Program-made: the position numbers and the translations under genes
In this document: positions 10,157 to 25,945 of the stretch, one piece after another
Layout: every line of letters begins with the position of its first letter
Position numbering within the stretch: the first letter of the stretch is position 1
Assembly: GCF_006345805.1 (NCBI RefSeq)
Contig: NC_043013.1
Span: 2,666,001 to 2,730,000, forward strand
Direction: 5' to 3'
Origin: Octopus sinensis
Taxonomy: Eukaryota
Length of the DNA stretch: 64,000 bases
The notes under the pieces: generated by a model
Told to the model about the DNA's origin: nothing
What the model saw: only the letters and a program-made list of their open reading frames with translations
Databases searched by the model: none

Positions 10157-11034
10157 ATGTATGTATGTATGTATGTATGTATGTATGTATGTATGTATGT
10201 ATGTATGTATGTATGTATGTATGTCAGGTCACTTTCGTGTGCTACTGGTAACATGTAACCCAGCACAACCTGTTGCATGGTCGGGTCGTCGGCGACTAAA
10301 CCGGCAACCCCACCAAGCTTGCTTGGTGAGGAGGGTGTTTATTGGACACCCTGCGGGATGAAAAACAAAACTCATCGAAGGGCGGAGGAACTCTTGAGAG
10401 TCAACGGCCATCCAATAAATGTCTTAAGGCTGTATCATGCGCGGGGACATAGAAATAATCGGATTGAATACTCGATCGCGCGGTTAAACCATTGGGAGTG
10501 AAGGACTCCTAGCCTTTGTTAGGACAACCTTCTAGGAGAAGGTAACTCGGGTAACTGGGATAACTCCAACGTAAAACCTGCGGCTCAGTGGTTACCGATG
10601 ATGTTGACTTGTTCTTCTTTTCGGATTATGGCTGCTGTTGCTTAGTGAGTGGGATTGATTCAGTGCACAGCCTTTCCTCACTTTAAAAAAATCTTCTTGC
10701 ACAGGCATTGCACGATAACAACATTGATTAAGCTTCGTGAAATGGCCATACTCGATAACGAGGGGACAGCCACCATGTATGTATGTATGTATGTATGTAT
10801 GTATGTATGTATGTATGTATGTATGTATGTATGTATGTATGTATGTATGTATGTATGTATGCATACATGTATGCATGTATGTATGTATGTATGTATGTAT
10901 GTATGTATGTATGTATGTATGTATGCATGTATGTATGTATGTATGTATGTATGTATGTATGTATGTATGCATACATGTATGCATGTATGTATGTATGTAT
11001 GCGTGTATGTGAAAACACGTGCATGTGTTTATCA

Positions 11035-11122
<88 letters not shown>

Positions 11123-11228
11123 CAGCACGCACGCATACATATGTATACAAGCATACATACACACACATATGTTTGGCCCGGTTTAGAGCCCGGCCATAAT
11201 AACAATAAATAAATTTTCTATGAATGTT

Positions 11229-11267
<39 letters not shown>

Positions 11268-11440
11268 ATCGTTTCTTCTCACACTCATATGTATGTACGC
11301 ACGCATGCATACATACTCTCGTACGCGTGCGCACACACACACGCACACACGTATGCACGCACACACAAATACATGCATACATACATACATACATACATAC
11401 ATACATACATACATACATACATACATACATACATACATAA
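10157..11440. repeat. Compound microsatellite zone (TATG)n, (TCTA)n, (TG)n, (CATA)n
   Basis: Direct reading; source of the MYVC/SIYL/HTYI ORFs. Confidence 0.95.
10224..10775 (+). mobile_element. Probable RTE-type LINE 5' UTR / non-autonomous derivative between (TATG)n arrays
   Basis: Motif ggacaaccttctaggagaaggtaactc...aaacctgcgg recalls RTE 5' UTRs (from memory, not searched); no ORF. Confidence 0.4.
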
Positions 11441-12004
11441 ATGCAGCCATACACTTATACAGTGACCTGGCACTGTTCTCTTAAAGATAAATCTAAAATT
11501 CAAAGTGACACAAGGCCAGTTGTTGGTTGACAAGAATAAGAAAAAGTTGGTTTAGCAGCTGAAATTCACATCATACCAATAGACCAATCAAATGCTGGCA
11601 ACTAGGTGCCAACTTTTATGTATTTCAACCATTCCTTTACCAACGGCATTTCTCTAATATAGGTCAACTATTTTGGTTCATTCACTGTCAAAGCTTGCTC
11701 TTTTCAAGCTTGGCTTCTCACTCGGCGGTATGTTAGGTAAAAAAAAATGCAGTTTTAACTTGGAGAGAACTACTTTAACATATTTCTCTCTTTTCCCAAT
11801 TTTTTTCCGCTTTGTTGGTTTGGTTAGTTTGGTTAAATTATGGAGATTTGAAAACAGAGATAAATATTAAGAAATTATATAGGTTTATAACTGGACTTGT
11901 TGGATTATAAATAATTTATGTCATATACAGATTATGAGGATGTATAGATTTTTTCTATGCGTACATGGACAAATTCAGTATACACACACACTGGCATGTG
12001 TGCA

Positions 12005-12044
<40 letters not shown>

Positions 12045-12425
12045 CGCGGATATGACAAATTGTTAAGAACCACGAAGACCGGCAAGTGTCTTTTATCATA
12101 GATTCAGATTAAAGCAAGCCTTGGAAAAGAAAAACTGGGTCGATAGAAACTGTGTTGAAGCAGTAGACTGTTAACATACTTCAAAGGGACCTTTGATATA
12201 CATTTTGTTTTAAGCCAAAAATCGGTGCACGTCTAGTTTGTACTTTACACTAATTTCTTCATATTTTTCAAAATCCTTTAACTGAGGAAGGTTTACGTAA
12301 TGGATGCATTTCCTGTCGTATATTACACAAGTATGAAACGTTCGGATTAAATGGTATTAAAATATCACTATTTGGTTTGACTTCATTATTACAGCTGTGT
12401 GTATGTGTATGTTCGCGCGTATATA

Positions 12426-12690
12426 TTCTTTTATTCTTTTACTTGTTTCAGTCATTTGACTGCGGCCATACTGGAGCATTGTCTCGAAGGAGTTTTTAAT
12501 CGAAGAAATCGATCGCAGGACTTACTCTTTATAAGCCTAGTACTTATTCTCTCGGTCTCTTTTGCCGAACCCACTAACTTACGGGGACGTAAACACACCA
12601 ACATCGGTTGTCAAGCGGTTAGGAGGTGGTGGGGGCAATCACAGACACAAAGACACACGCACATAGATATGTATATATACGACGGGTTTT
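12426..12690 (-). mobile_element. SINE family A, 3' part
   Basis: ttttacttgtttcagtcatttgactgcggccatactggagca... matches the family-A tail in reverse. Confidence 0.85.
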
Positions 12691-13095
12691 GCATCATGAC
12701 GTGCACTCTCGGTGGACTTTCAACATTCCTCTTGGTTCCAGTTCAAGATTGTAGATGGACAGATGTTCGACTTGAGCTCTGCATTGGAAATGCACGGATT
12801 TCTACCCTATCAAGACTTGGCACAGCCGTTTTGGCGCCGCCTATTTGGCGTCGTTGATTCGACGCCGACTAATTTGACATCAGGCGTTTTAAAGTTTCTC
12901 TCCTTTAAATGTTTCGTTGTCTTTATCCATCTCTGTGTTTATAAGCACATCTCTCTTTATAAGTATGAGGAAACGGAATGGGTTTATGTCAATCTTGTTC
13001 AGTTGATAAATTAAAGCGTTTCCCTTTTTCTCATTTTCTTTATCTGCGTGCGCATATTTCTGTGCGAGTCAGCATATATGCATCTGTATGTGTTC

Positions 13096-13141
<46 letters not shown>

Positions 13142-13632
13142 TACCTGTCTGTCGCTATGTATGTGAGTGTATTTATTTCCAGTGCCAAAATGTACCATTG
13201 TCCAGTCAGCCGTGCCGAATCGTTAGCGACGAAACAGCCGCGCCCATTTGCCTCATTCCGACATTATATAAATATGCATATGTGTGTGTGTGTGTACTTA
13301 CATATTTATGTATGTATAGACTCGCGTAAATCTGGGGAAATATCTGTTAAGATAAGAAGAAGCTACTTTATGTGTGAAGGGATTTTTTTTAAAGAAATCA
13401 AAGGAAGCGGCGAAAAATAATCCACACCTGACTTTTGATATTTGATAACAGAGATACTCATATTTTCGTGATCGTATTTTAATATGTAATGCTAAGCCTG
13501 TTAGTTTGCAATACGGAAACTTGAAGGAGAAGTAGGCCGTAACGTTCTTCATAGTTATGGAAAGGTAATTAATTAATTTTATTAAATCAGGATTAATGTG
13601 AAAGATCATTATCAAAATATCTGGTCAGATAC

Positions 13633-13860
13633 ATGCATGCACACACAAACCCACACAAACACACACAAACCCACACAAACCCACACATACACACAAACCC
13701 ACACAAACCCACACAAACCCACACAAACCCACACAAATCCACACAAACCCACACATACACACACAAACCCACACAATCCCACACAAACCCACACATACAC
13801 ACACATACACACATGCGCACGCAAACCCACACATACACACACATACACACATGCGCACGC
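13633..13860. repeat. (CCCACACAAA)n-type degenerate decamer minisatellite
   Basis: Repeated ccacacaaac/ccacacatac units. Confidence 0.85.
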
Positions 13861-13900
13861 AAATCAACAACAGGGACGGCGCAAACATGAAGTTATGGAC

Positions 13901-14041
13901 GCAGACGTGGCTCTGTGGTAAGACGTTTGCTTCCCAACTACGGGGTTCCGGCGCCTTGGCAAGTGTTTCCTACTATAGCCCCGGGCCGGCCAAAGCCTTT
14001 TGAGGGAATTTGGTAGATGGAAACTGAAAGAAGCCCGTCGA
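13901..14041 (+). mobile_element. SINE family A, 5' fragment
   Basis: gtggctctgtggtaagacgtttgcttccc...gatggaaactgaaagaagcccgtcg. Confidence 0.75.
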
Positions 14042-15541
14042 CTTTGTCTTTCACCGTTTCGGTGTCCTACAATTCAGCACTAACTTTCTCCCTCAAAATT
14101 TCTGATATTAATACATTGTGATATCAATACTTGTATTTTTTAAGGATTTGAACGCAATTACAGGGAATTTTGCTTCTTTATTGCCGGGATAATTTCAGTT
14201 TAGTTTTTCTGCTCATTATTGCGTAAATAAAACTCTTCCTCAGCCTCATTGTTGATACGTAGACGTACACATATATATTACAAATACACACACATCGCAC
14301 ACAATGCACTTACACGCACGCACACAGACACACACACACACACATGGATGCTAATCATAACTGAGTGGCTCAGTTCCGTAATCAAAAATCTCGAATTATT
14401 CCTGCACACTTGCTTATCTCCCCTTTCATTTCACTCTTTCGCTGCGTGACAACTTTTTACCCATTTCCGCTTGAACAACATAATCTTGAACGCCACGATT
14501 AATTGTCGCCAGCGGAAAATTCAAAAAGCTTCACCATTGAACCCCTCCGCTCTTTAAAAGCCTTCATTATGAATGTAAATAAGAAATATTTTTGTAAAGC
14601 ATACATAAGAATAATGCAAAGTGATGGAGTTAGATATCCCTCAGAAATATCGGATTTGATATATTCTTTTCTATTCTACGGCCTTGACCAAAAGTATTAG
14701 GCCACCCCAATGTTTGGGGGTTCTGCTGTCTCAATGTTAATGAAACTCGAGCACATGGTAGATTATGGTATATTTCACAATATGCATTAGTTTTAATATC
14801 TGGTTGACCCTCCTTTAGCATCAATTACCGCATTTATACTGTACTGTACTTATGCAACCAATTATGAGTTATACCAACGTCCAAAATTAACTTATGTTTC
14901 CTTGATTATTTCAGAGTTTTATGCTAAATTACTTTGTAGGTACAGTTAATAAACAGTAAACTGCCTAAAACAAGGGAGTTGAGTGAGTTTGATGGAGGTC
15001 AAATCGTAGGTCATCATGAAGATGGAATATGTCAAAGGCAAATTGCTCAGAATATGAAATGTTCTCGATGTGCGGTGCAAACGACTCTCAAGCGCTTCAG
15101 AGAGACAAAAGATGCGAAGACAACACAAAGAACAGGCAGCAAAAAGGTTGCATCCACTTCGTGATGACAGATCCATCATCTGTCAGTCGCTAAGGAACAG
15201 GAGAAGAACATCGTTGGTGCTCCGTGCGGACTTCAACAAGGCAAACACTTCACAAATACCAACCAGAACTGTTAGAAGAAGGCTTGTAGAGTACGGTCTG
15301 AAAGGCTGTAAAGTCAGGAAGAAGCCATGGGTTTCTGAAGAGAAATAGGGAAAAACGTCTTCGGGGGCCAAAATATATATAAAGAAATATCCAACATAAA
15401 GCTAATATTATTTTTCATGTTTTTACTCAGGTTTTCAGTACATCTGGTGCAACGTTCGTGCGTTGCAGAGTTGGGGAAGCATTTGAGGCTGAATGTCTGG
15501 TACCCACCGTAAAACATGGGGGTGGTTCTATCATGGTGTGG

Positions 15542-16450
15542 GACCTGGATTCCCGTTTGCGCCGTGAACAGGAATTAATCTTCTCTCTTCGCTCTTATAC
15601 GCCATTTGGTCTCAACTCTCCCCCTCTCATCTAACTCCCCCCCCCGACCCCACTCTCCTCTCCTCCCTCCTACCTATTTCCTTCCCCCCCCCCCACTTCT
15701 TCAGTCCTTCATCCTTTCCCCTACTCCCCTTCCCTTCTTCCCTCTTCTCCCTCTCTCCTTCCTCTTCCCCTTCCTTCTGCTCCCTCACTCCCCTTCTCTC
15801 TCTCCCCTCCCCCTCTTTCCTCCTTCCTCCCCCTCCTTCTCCTCCTCCTTCTCCTCCTCCTCCTCCTTCCCCCCTCCTTCTCCTCTTCCCCCTCTCCTCC
15901 CCCTCTTCTCCCCCTCCCCCTCTTCTCTCACTACATCCACGACTTTACACATCACATCATATATGAGTGCCATACTAATACATACACCAACCCCATACAT
16001 ACGCCTGTCCAGACCTATCCTACGCACTAATACTCTGTCATACACACACACACCCACACACACACCCTTATACATACTAATACATACTAATCATACACCA
16101 ACCCTATACCATACACACGTCCAGACCCCTCCTACGCACTATTAGCTGTCCCTTCAACCCTATTATCAACCCTATTATCTCCCCTTATTTCGCTCTCGCG
16201 TCCTCATGTTTGATCTTTGACCTCTGGCCGAAATCAGATCGCCATGTTGATTCGTTAGTTACTGCACGCATTTTTTTTCTCTCCTCTTTCTGTGTTTTTT
16301 TTCTCTCTGTGTATCTTTCTGTTGAAGAGCGTAGGCTCGAAACGTTAAAGACTTGTTTTATTTATATTTCCTGAGCGCCATACTAATACAATTGTTTGTT
16401 TGTTTTCCACCTGCCTTCGTCTTTTGTCTATTTTCATAAAGCTTCCCGTT
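15542..16450 (+). mobile_element. 5'-truncated Penelope-like element inserted in the Tc1 transposase
   Basis: 15542-15616 encodes DLDSRLRREQELIFSLRSYTPFGLN, matching the GIY-YIG C-terminal R...E...I..L....P.GLN motif; then low-complexity 3' UTR and an HHR motif at 16314-16351. Confidence 0.8.
16314..16351 (+). ncRNA. Short-stem-III hammerhead ribozyme motif (PLE-associated)
   Basis: ucuuu-CUGUUGA-a-gagc-guag-gcuc-GAAACGUU-aaaga. Stem I 5 bp, stem II 4 bp, palindromic ACGU stem III; U at core position 6. Confidence 0.6.
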
Positions 16451-17009
16451 GTCTACTACAGGGCCCGGAGAAATATTTTTTATGTGAGGGAAGGATGAAT
16501 TCAGCTACCTATGTTTCTATGTTATCGGGTGTTTTAGAGCCATCAATTGCTAAATTATATCCAGGAGTGTCGAAAAACAGTGTTATCTTTCAATAGGACA
16601 AAGCTCCATCTCATACAGCAAAGAATACTCGTCCTTGGTTTGAGACACAGGGTATTGTTCTCGTGGACTGGCCAGTTCAAAGTCCCGATCTAAATCCAAT
16701 CGAATACCTATGAGGAACTCTTGGCGAAGCTATCGGGAACACAGCAATTAAAAATAAAGAGCATTTGTACCAAACATTAAGAGAAGAATGGAGTAAAATT
16801 GCACCTAGCACCTGTAAGAAACTAGTTGATTCAATGCCTGACCGTATAAAAGCGGTAATTGATGCTAAAGGAGGGTCAGCCAGATATTAAGACTAATGCA
16901 TATTGTGAAATATACCATAATCTACCATGTGCACGAGTTTCATTAACATTGAGCTAGCAGAACCCCAAAATATTGGGGTGGCCTAATACTTTTGGCCAAG
17001 GCTGTGCGT

Positions 17010-17200
17010 AGAAGGCCCGGAATTTTGAGGGAGGGGTCCAGCTGATTAGATCGACTCCAGTACGCAACTGGTACTTAATTTATCGACCCCAAAAGGATGA
17101 AAGGCAAAGTCGACCTCGGTGGAATTATAACACAGACAGACAAAATACCGCTAAGCATTTCGCCCGGCGTGCTCACGTTTCTACCTGCTCGCCACCTTAT
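17010..17200 (-). mobile_element. SINE family B
   Basis: ctggtacttaatttatcgaccccaaaaggatgaaaggcaaagtcgacctcgg core in reverse. Confidence 0.85.
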
Positions 17201-17231
17201 AGGACATGAATTATTATCAAATGCATCATCA

Positions 17232-17480
17232 GCAAGTAAGTAAGTAAGTAAAATCCCTGGCTGGCGACCGGAGTGGGTGGTTGTACTTTCAACCAATATG
17301 CTGCTGTGGGTACCGCTTGATGGAATAACATTATCACCGCTCTGGTGATGATGTTATTCCACGATTTCCGATCCATGGCGCTGGCCCTAGCATGCTTGAG
17401 GCCGAGGTGCTGCAACTTAAGGTCTACCTCAAATTGCTTTGCCCATTCTTCTTTGGTGTGCTGTGCTGGATTCTCCAATG
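17232..17480 (-). mobile_element. RTE-type LINE 3' end
   Basis: EWAKQFEVDLKLQHLGLKHARASAMDRKSWNNII resembles the RTE ORF2 C-terminus (W...E.DL......A...A.DR..W); ends in a (TTAC)n tail at 17234-17251. Confidence 0.55.
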
Positions 17481-17519
17481 CGTGAATCATTGCCGCCACG
17501 AAAGTTGGTATGCTGTTCA

Positions 17520-18250
17520 TCATGCAACAATTCAGAACTCTCATATTAGTTTTTCGATAGAAAATGTTGCTAGAGTTCCAAAGATGAGGTTTTTAAACAA
17601 ACGCCAATGATGGTAGACCATTGTACGCTTCGTATCTTTCGAAGAATTTAACGAAAATCCCCTGCCCCACTAAAATACTAATTCGCCATCAAATAATGAA
17701 TCGTTGTTCATGACATTTCCAAGAGTTCGATCCAGGAGTTCGATTCAAAATAATGACGGCGACACATAGGTGGCTCTTCCCAAATTCCCAATAACATACA
17801 TGGAGGATACTTTGTAAGTTGAATTTGAAGTTGCACCTTTTGGTAATTTAAACTGTGAGGGATCAGTGCAGCTCAGCTTCAATATTGTTGTTCGTACGAG
17901 CATATAACAGCAAAGCGTTCAGCACAAACGTTTTACCTGTACCACCGGGAGCATCGATGAATATTGATACACCTTCATTATAATTAATTTTACTTTTAAT
18001 GAACTCAGATGCGATGCTTTGGGTCATGATTTAACTCGTGGAAATGCTCATTGTAAAAGTATTAGCCTCAGGATCATTCTCATTTTCATTAATGTTTGCG
18101 AGACTATATTTAGCAGCAGATAAGCTGAATGAAATGGTACTTTTATCATACGACGGCAGTTGAATGTCCGACACACACACTGCAGGTCATTCACTTCTTA
18201 ATCTGAAAATACCGCATCAGCGAAATGTTCTTGCCTCGTGAAGAATGTAA
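17520..18250 (-). mobile_element. Helitron PIF1-like helicase fragment (pseudogenised)
   Basis: IFIDAPGGTGKTFVLNALL (Walker A, 17929-17955), QFKLP, LDRTLGNVMNNDSLFDGELVFL and LW...FYRKTNMRV motifs, with deletions and stops. Confidence 0.85.
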
Positions 18251-18534
18251 TCTTGAAGATCAAACCCGAAACATATGCCAAAGATCAAACTGAAACATAT
18301 GTTCTACGACTGTAACGGTGTTGAAGAACAGCAAAAGTGCAGCACATAGGCAAATGTGTCTCCAAGCTCTTCACCCGAATGCGAAGGTCATTGCTCTCGT
18401 TCTTCACAATTTTCTCTCAAAGATTCAACAGCTGACACACAACTTCCAGACAACACTGTTAACCAGTAAGTCACTGAGACTCGTAGCACGCGTTATAATG
18501 AAATAATAACCTAATATAATATAGATTCCCCTGT

Positions 18535-18750
18535 AAAGCGGCGAGGTGGCTGAAACGTTAGCACGCTGGGCGAAATGCTTAGCAATATTTCGTCTGTCTT
18601 TATGTACTGAGTTCAAACTCCGCCGAGGTCGACTTTGTCTTTCATCCTTTCAGGGTCAATAAATTAAGTACCAGTTGCGTACTGGGATCGATCTAATCGA
18701 CTGGCCCTTGCCCCAAATTTTCGGGCCTTGTGCCTAGAGTAGAAAAGAAT
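18535..18750 (+). mobile_element. SINE family B
   Basis: aaagcggcgaggtggctgaaacgttagcacgctgggcgaaatgc...tttcatcctttcagggtcaataaattaagtaccag. Confidence 0.88.
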
Positions 18751-20371
18751 ATAGTTCCCTCTGTGTAGGCATAGAGAATTTTATTATATATATACATATA
18801 TATATATATACACACATACTTAATAAATATACACGCATATATATACACACACACACAAGTGTATTCCTGTAAACTCATATATTTCTGCATTGTGTGCTAA
18901 GAAGATCGCTTCCCAACTACATGGGTCTGATTTCCGTCCCAATGTTGGTGTATTTACGTCCCAATAAATTAGCCGTTCGGCAAACAGACCGATAGAAAAT
19001 GTACCAGACATAAATTTGGAAATTATATTCTATGCATAAGGGCAGATGTAATGCAGTATGTGTTTGAAAGTGAGGGTGCATAAATGAGGCCATAACACCC
19101 ATGAAAATTCATATATTTTTGCTGTTGATGAAATTTTAACCATAGATATAAGACGCAAATGAAGTAATATTTCTGGAATTTCAACTTCTTAGAAGTCAGT
19201 AAGTCCCCTTAATGGTGGCTTAACGCCCACAATTTAGTCATTTTTCCTAAGCCAAGACGAATACAATTGTAATCTTGGAAGCTGTATGGTCACCCGAGCA
19301 TAAAAGATGAGCGTTATTTGTAATTCAATAGTACAACAGTGTAAGAGATATACTTGAGATATACTTAGATTGTGATTTCTGCAATGTACTGCATAAATTG
19401 TCAAGTAAATTCAGTTGCAAAGTGTTGAGTAAAGTTATTTCGTTGCAGACCTCCTTTGAGTCTTTTTATTATCACTGGGTCAGAAATAGTCCCCAGATGA
19501 TAACATTGATTTCAAGTCCTTCCCAGATAAACGACTGGTTATTCAAAGACATTTATAGATTGCAAATTTATTCCGTTCAGTAACCAATCGGCATAGTGAG
19601 CATTGGCAAACTCCAGAGGTGACACTTTCAATTTCTCTTTAGCCCTCACGTCACACAGTTGCTAATGTTTATTTGAGTAGGGTCACGCCCTTCTAATTGC
19701 TATAGATCCGTAATGTATCTTATGGCTGTGCCCGTCACCTGTATGGTGAGTAATCCTACATTGGGGAGTGGTAACGACCAGGATAGGGTAGCTGACTGCT
19801 TATTGTGATCATTCGTCTTTTGGCTTCCTGTAGCTTTGCTCTCTTTTACAAACCCAGTGAACAAACAAAGAAATTTCAATAATAGATATAAGACCCAAGT
19901 TAAAAAGATTCCCAGCAATTTAACTTCTCTGCTTGACTTTAAGACACCCCACCACAATAAGGGCTTTAACTCTCACATTTTAGAGCTCCATGAGCTCCAT
20001 TTTTCAGGAGCAAAAACCTTTGAATAGGTTCCATAAGATTTGGATTTTGGAATCTGGGCATAACGAAGCGTTATGGATGAGTCATGATTAGAATTTTTGT
20101 TAGGGTATGTAAAGAGGGAAATAATCCTCATTACAATTCTTCATCTGCAATTTTGATGAAATTCGAATCATAGGTATTCCAGTTCATCAGAGAAAATATA
20201 AAAGTCTATCTAATTCTTCAATCCCATGTAACACGGGCAACGCCGGGTATCTCTGCTAATACACACACACACACACATGCACACACACACACACATGTAT
20301 ATACATACAAGCATACGTATACATATATGCATATACGTATATATATTTGTACATGTATGTAGGTAATATGC

Positions 20372-20402
<31 letters not shown>

Positions 20403-21065
20403 AACATACACACCTACATATATGTATCTAAGTTTGCACATATTCATGTCTATGTGTATCTGTCTGTCTGTATGTACGTACGTACGTACGTATGTATGTA
20501 TGTATGTATGTATGTTGTATGTATGTATGTATGTATGTATGTGCGTGTTTGTATCTTTACGAAATCAGGCTTTCAAGGTGTTGGTTAACCGGAGGCAATG
20601 GTAGATGAAAACCTTCCTAAATTGCAGCGCCGTGTGATCGAAGCTGGGTGTATATACGATTACAAAGGGGACCCACTTAAACGGCACAGCCAAGCTTAGC
20701 CAGCAACCACCTGTTTAGAATTCAAACTTAGAATACTTTTCGGGTGGAACAATCTCACGAAACGCAATCTTGATGCTCCACTGTGTCTGTCAGCAAACAC
20801 ACAAACACTTGAATGATTCTCAGCAGTCAGCTGAAATACGATGCATTATTGCACTTCAACTCTGCTGACTGCGTAGTTTCTCTCCGGATTCTGCATGCTG
20901 AGGCAGCTTACGCATGCAACTAAGCTCAGCACTTGCATTTCTCTTGTGTAGACAGTCTGGTGTTCTGCTTGCTGTTGTAGGCTTTCTTTGTCCCTATTCA
21001 TCATAAAATGAATATTTTTGCCTTTCTCTCATTCTCTCCCCGTCTCTCCCTCTTCCTGTCTCTGC

Positions 21066-24690
<3,625 letters not shown>

Positions 24691-25662
24691 GCATACTACA
24701 TGCCCACCCATATACCTACATATCTATTTGCCGTTTATATGCCAGCGTGCCTGCCTGCCTGTCTGTATATATATATCTCTAAATATCTGCCTATAATCCT
24801 GTTTGTTATCTATGTATGTATGTATACATACAAACGTATGAGTGTGCATGAATGTGTGCAAGGGCATGCGAACCGTTGTGCTTGTGTTTGTGTGTGTGTG
24901 TATGTATACATACATATACATATATATACACATACACACACACATATACATATAAATTTATGTATTTGTATGTAAATAAATACATACATGCATGCATTTA
25001 TATATTAAACACTCACATACATATACACACAGTCACAGACACACATACACACACATATGCATATGTGTATCTGTGAGTCTGCGCCTCTATTCTTATGCGT
25101 GTGTAAATGTGTGTGTGTGTATGTGTGTGAGTGTGTGTGAGTGTGTGTCTGTTTGCATGTGCATGAATATGCGTGTTTATGTTCATGTATATATTTATGA
25201 ATGTAGCAGCATACATGCGGGTAGAATTTTTGGTACTTTTTGCTTCACACATGCGAACGTACATTCTGAAGAAAACGCACGCTGACGCATACATTTTCCC
25301 ATTTCCCAACGCACACACACACACACACACACAATCATAAACTCACATCCACCCTACACACACGTACGCACACACACACGTACGCGCACACACACACGTA
25401 CGCGCACACATGTACAGAAACATCTAGATTACTGCGCAACACATTTTCAAATTATTGCCAAGTCGCACGCCGAAAATTTTGCACTCACCAATTCCCTTTC
25501 ATGTTGCCGCCACTTCCAACGCCAATGCCGCTGCCTCGCCCCTGCCTCGCCATCGTAATATTGCTGCACATGCATGCATGCATGCAACAGAAACCATGGT
25601 AAATGGACTAGTTTTATGTAATCACACCATGTGCAGTGTCACGTTGACCTGGGTGTTGGTGG

Positions 25663-25677
25663 AGGTCAGCGTGACCT
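25663..25677. promoter_or_regulatory. Perfect palindromic estrogen-response element (IR3)
   Basis: AGGTCA-gcg-TGACCT; imperfect partner GTGTCA-cgt-TGACCT at 25636-25650. Confidence 0.55.
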
Positions 25678-25747
25678 TACCGGCTCACTTTGGCACAGCC
25701 GGACTTTGTAACGTCGCCAAACCAAACCTGGTCACAAACCATTGTGT

Positions 25748-25896
25748 GATGATAATGATGATGATCAGGATGATGATGATGATGATGATGTTAGTGGCGG
25801 TGATGGTGGTGATGGTGGTGATGGCGATGATGATAGTGGTGGTGACAGATATGATGGTATTGATAGTGGTAATAGTAAGGGCTTTGGTGGTGGTGG

Positions 25897-25945
<49 letters not shown>

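Larger units (their letters stand above)
14679..17004 (+). mobile_element. Tc1-family (DD34E-type) DNA transposon, inactivated and interrupted by a PLE
   Basis: TIRs of about 161 bp (14679-14839, 16844-17004), TA on the left and TG on the right. Transposase pieces: ELSEFDGGQIVG (HTH), RTVRRRL, PTVKHGGGSIMVWG, FQ*DKAPSH, WPVQSPDLNPIE, SMPDRIKAVIDAKGGSARY*. Confidence 0.92.

Noticed and set aside
12820-12880. GC-rich ttggcgccg-like short repeats as a transposon terminus
   Set aside because: No partner inverted repeat or TSD found in the window.
19250-20170. Possible LTR-retrotransposon pol remnant on the minus strand
   Set aside because: Only faint similarity (LQEAKRRMIT...) with many stops and no diagnostic motif; needs a profile search.
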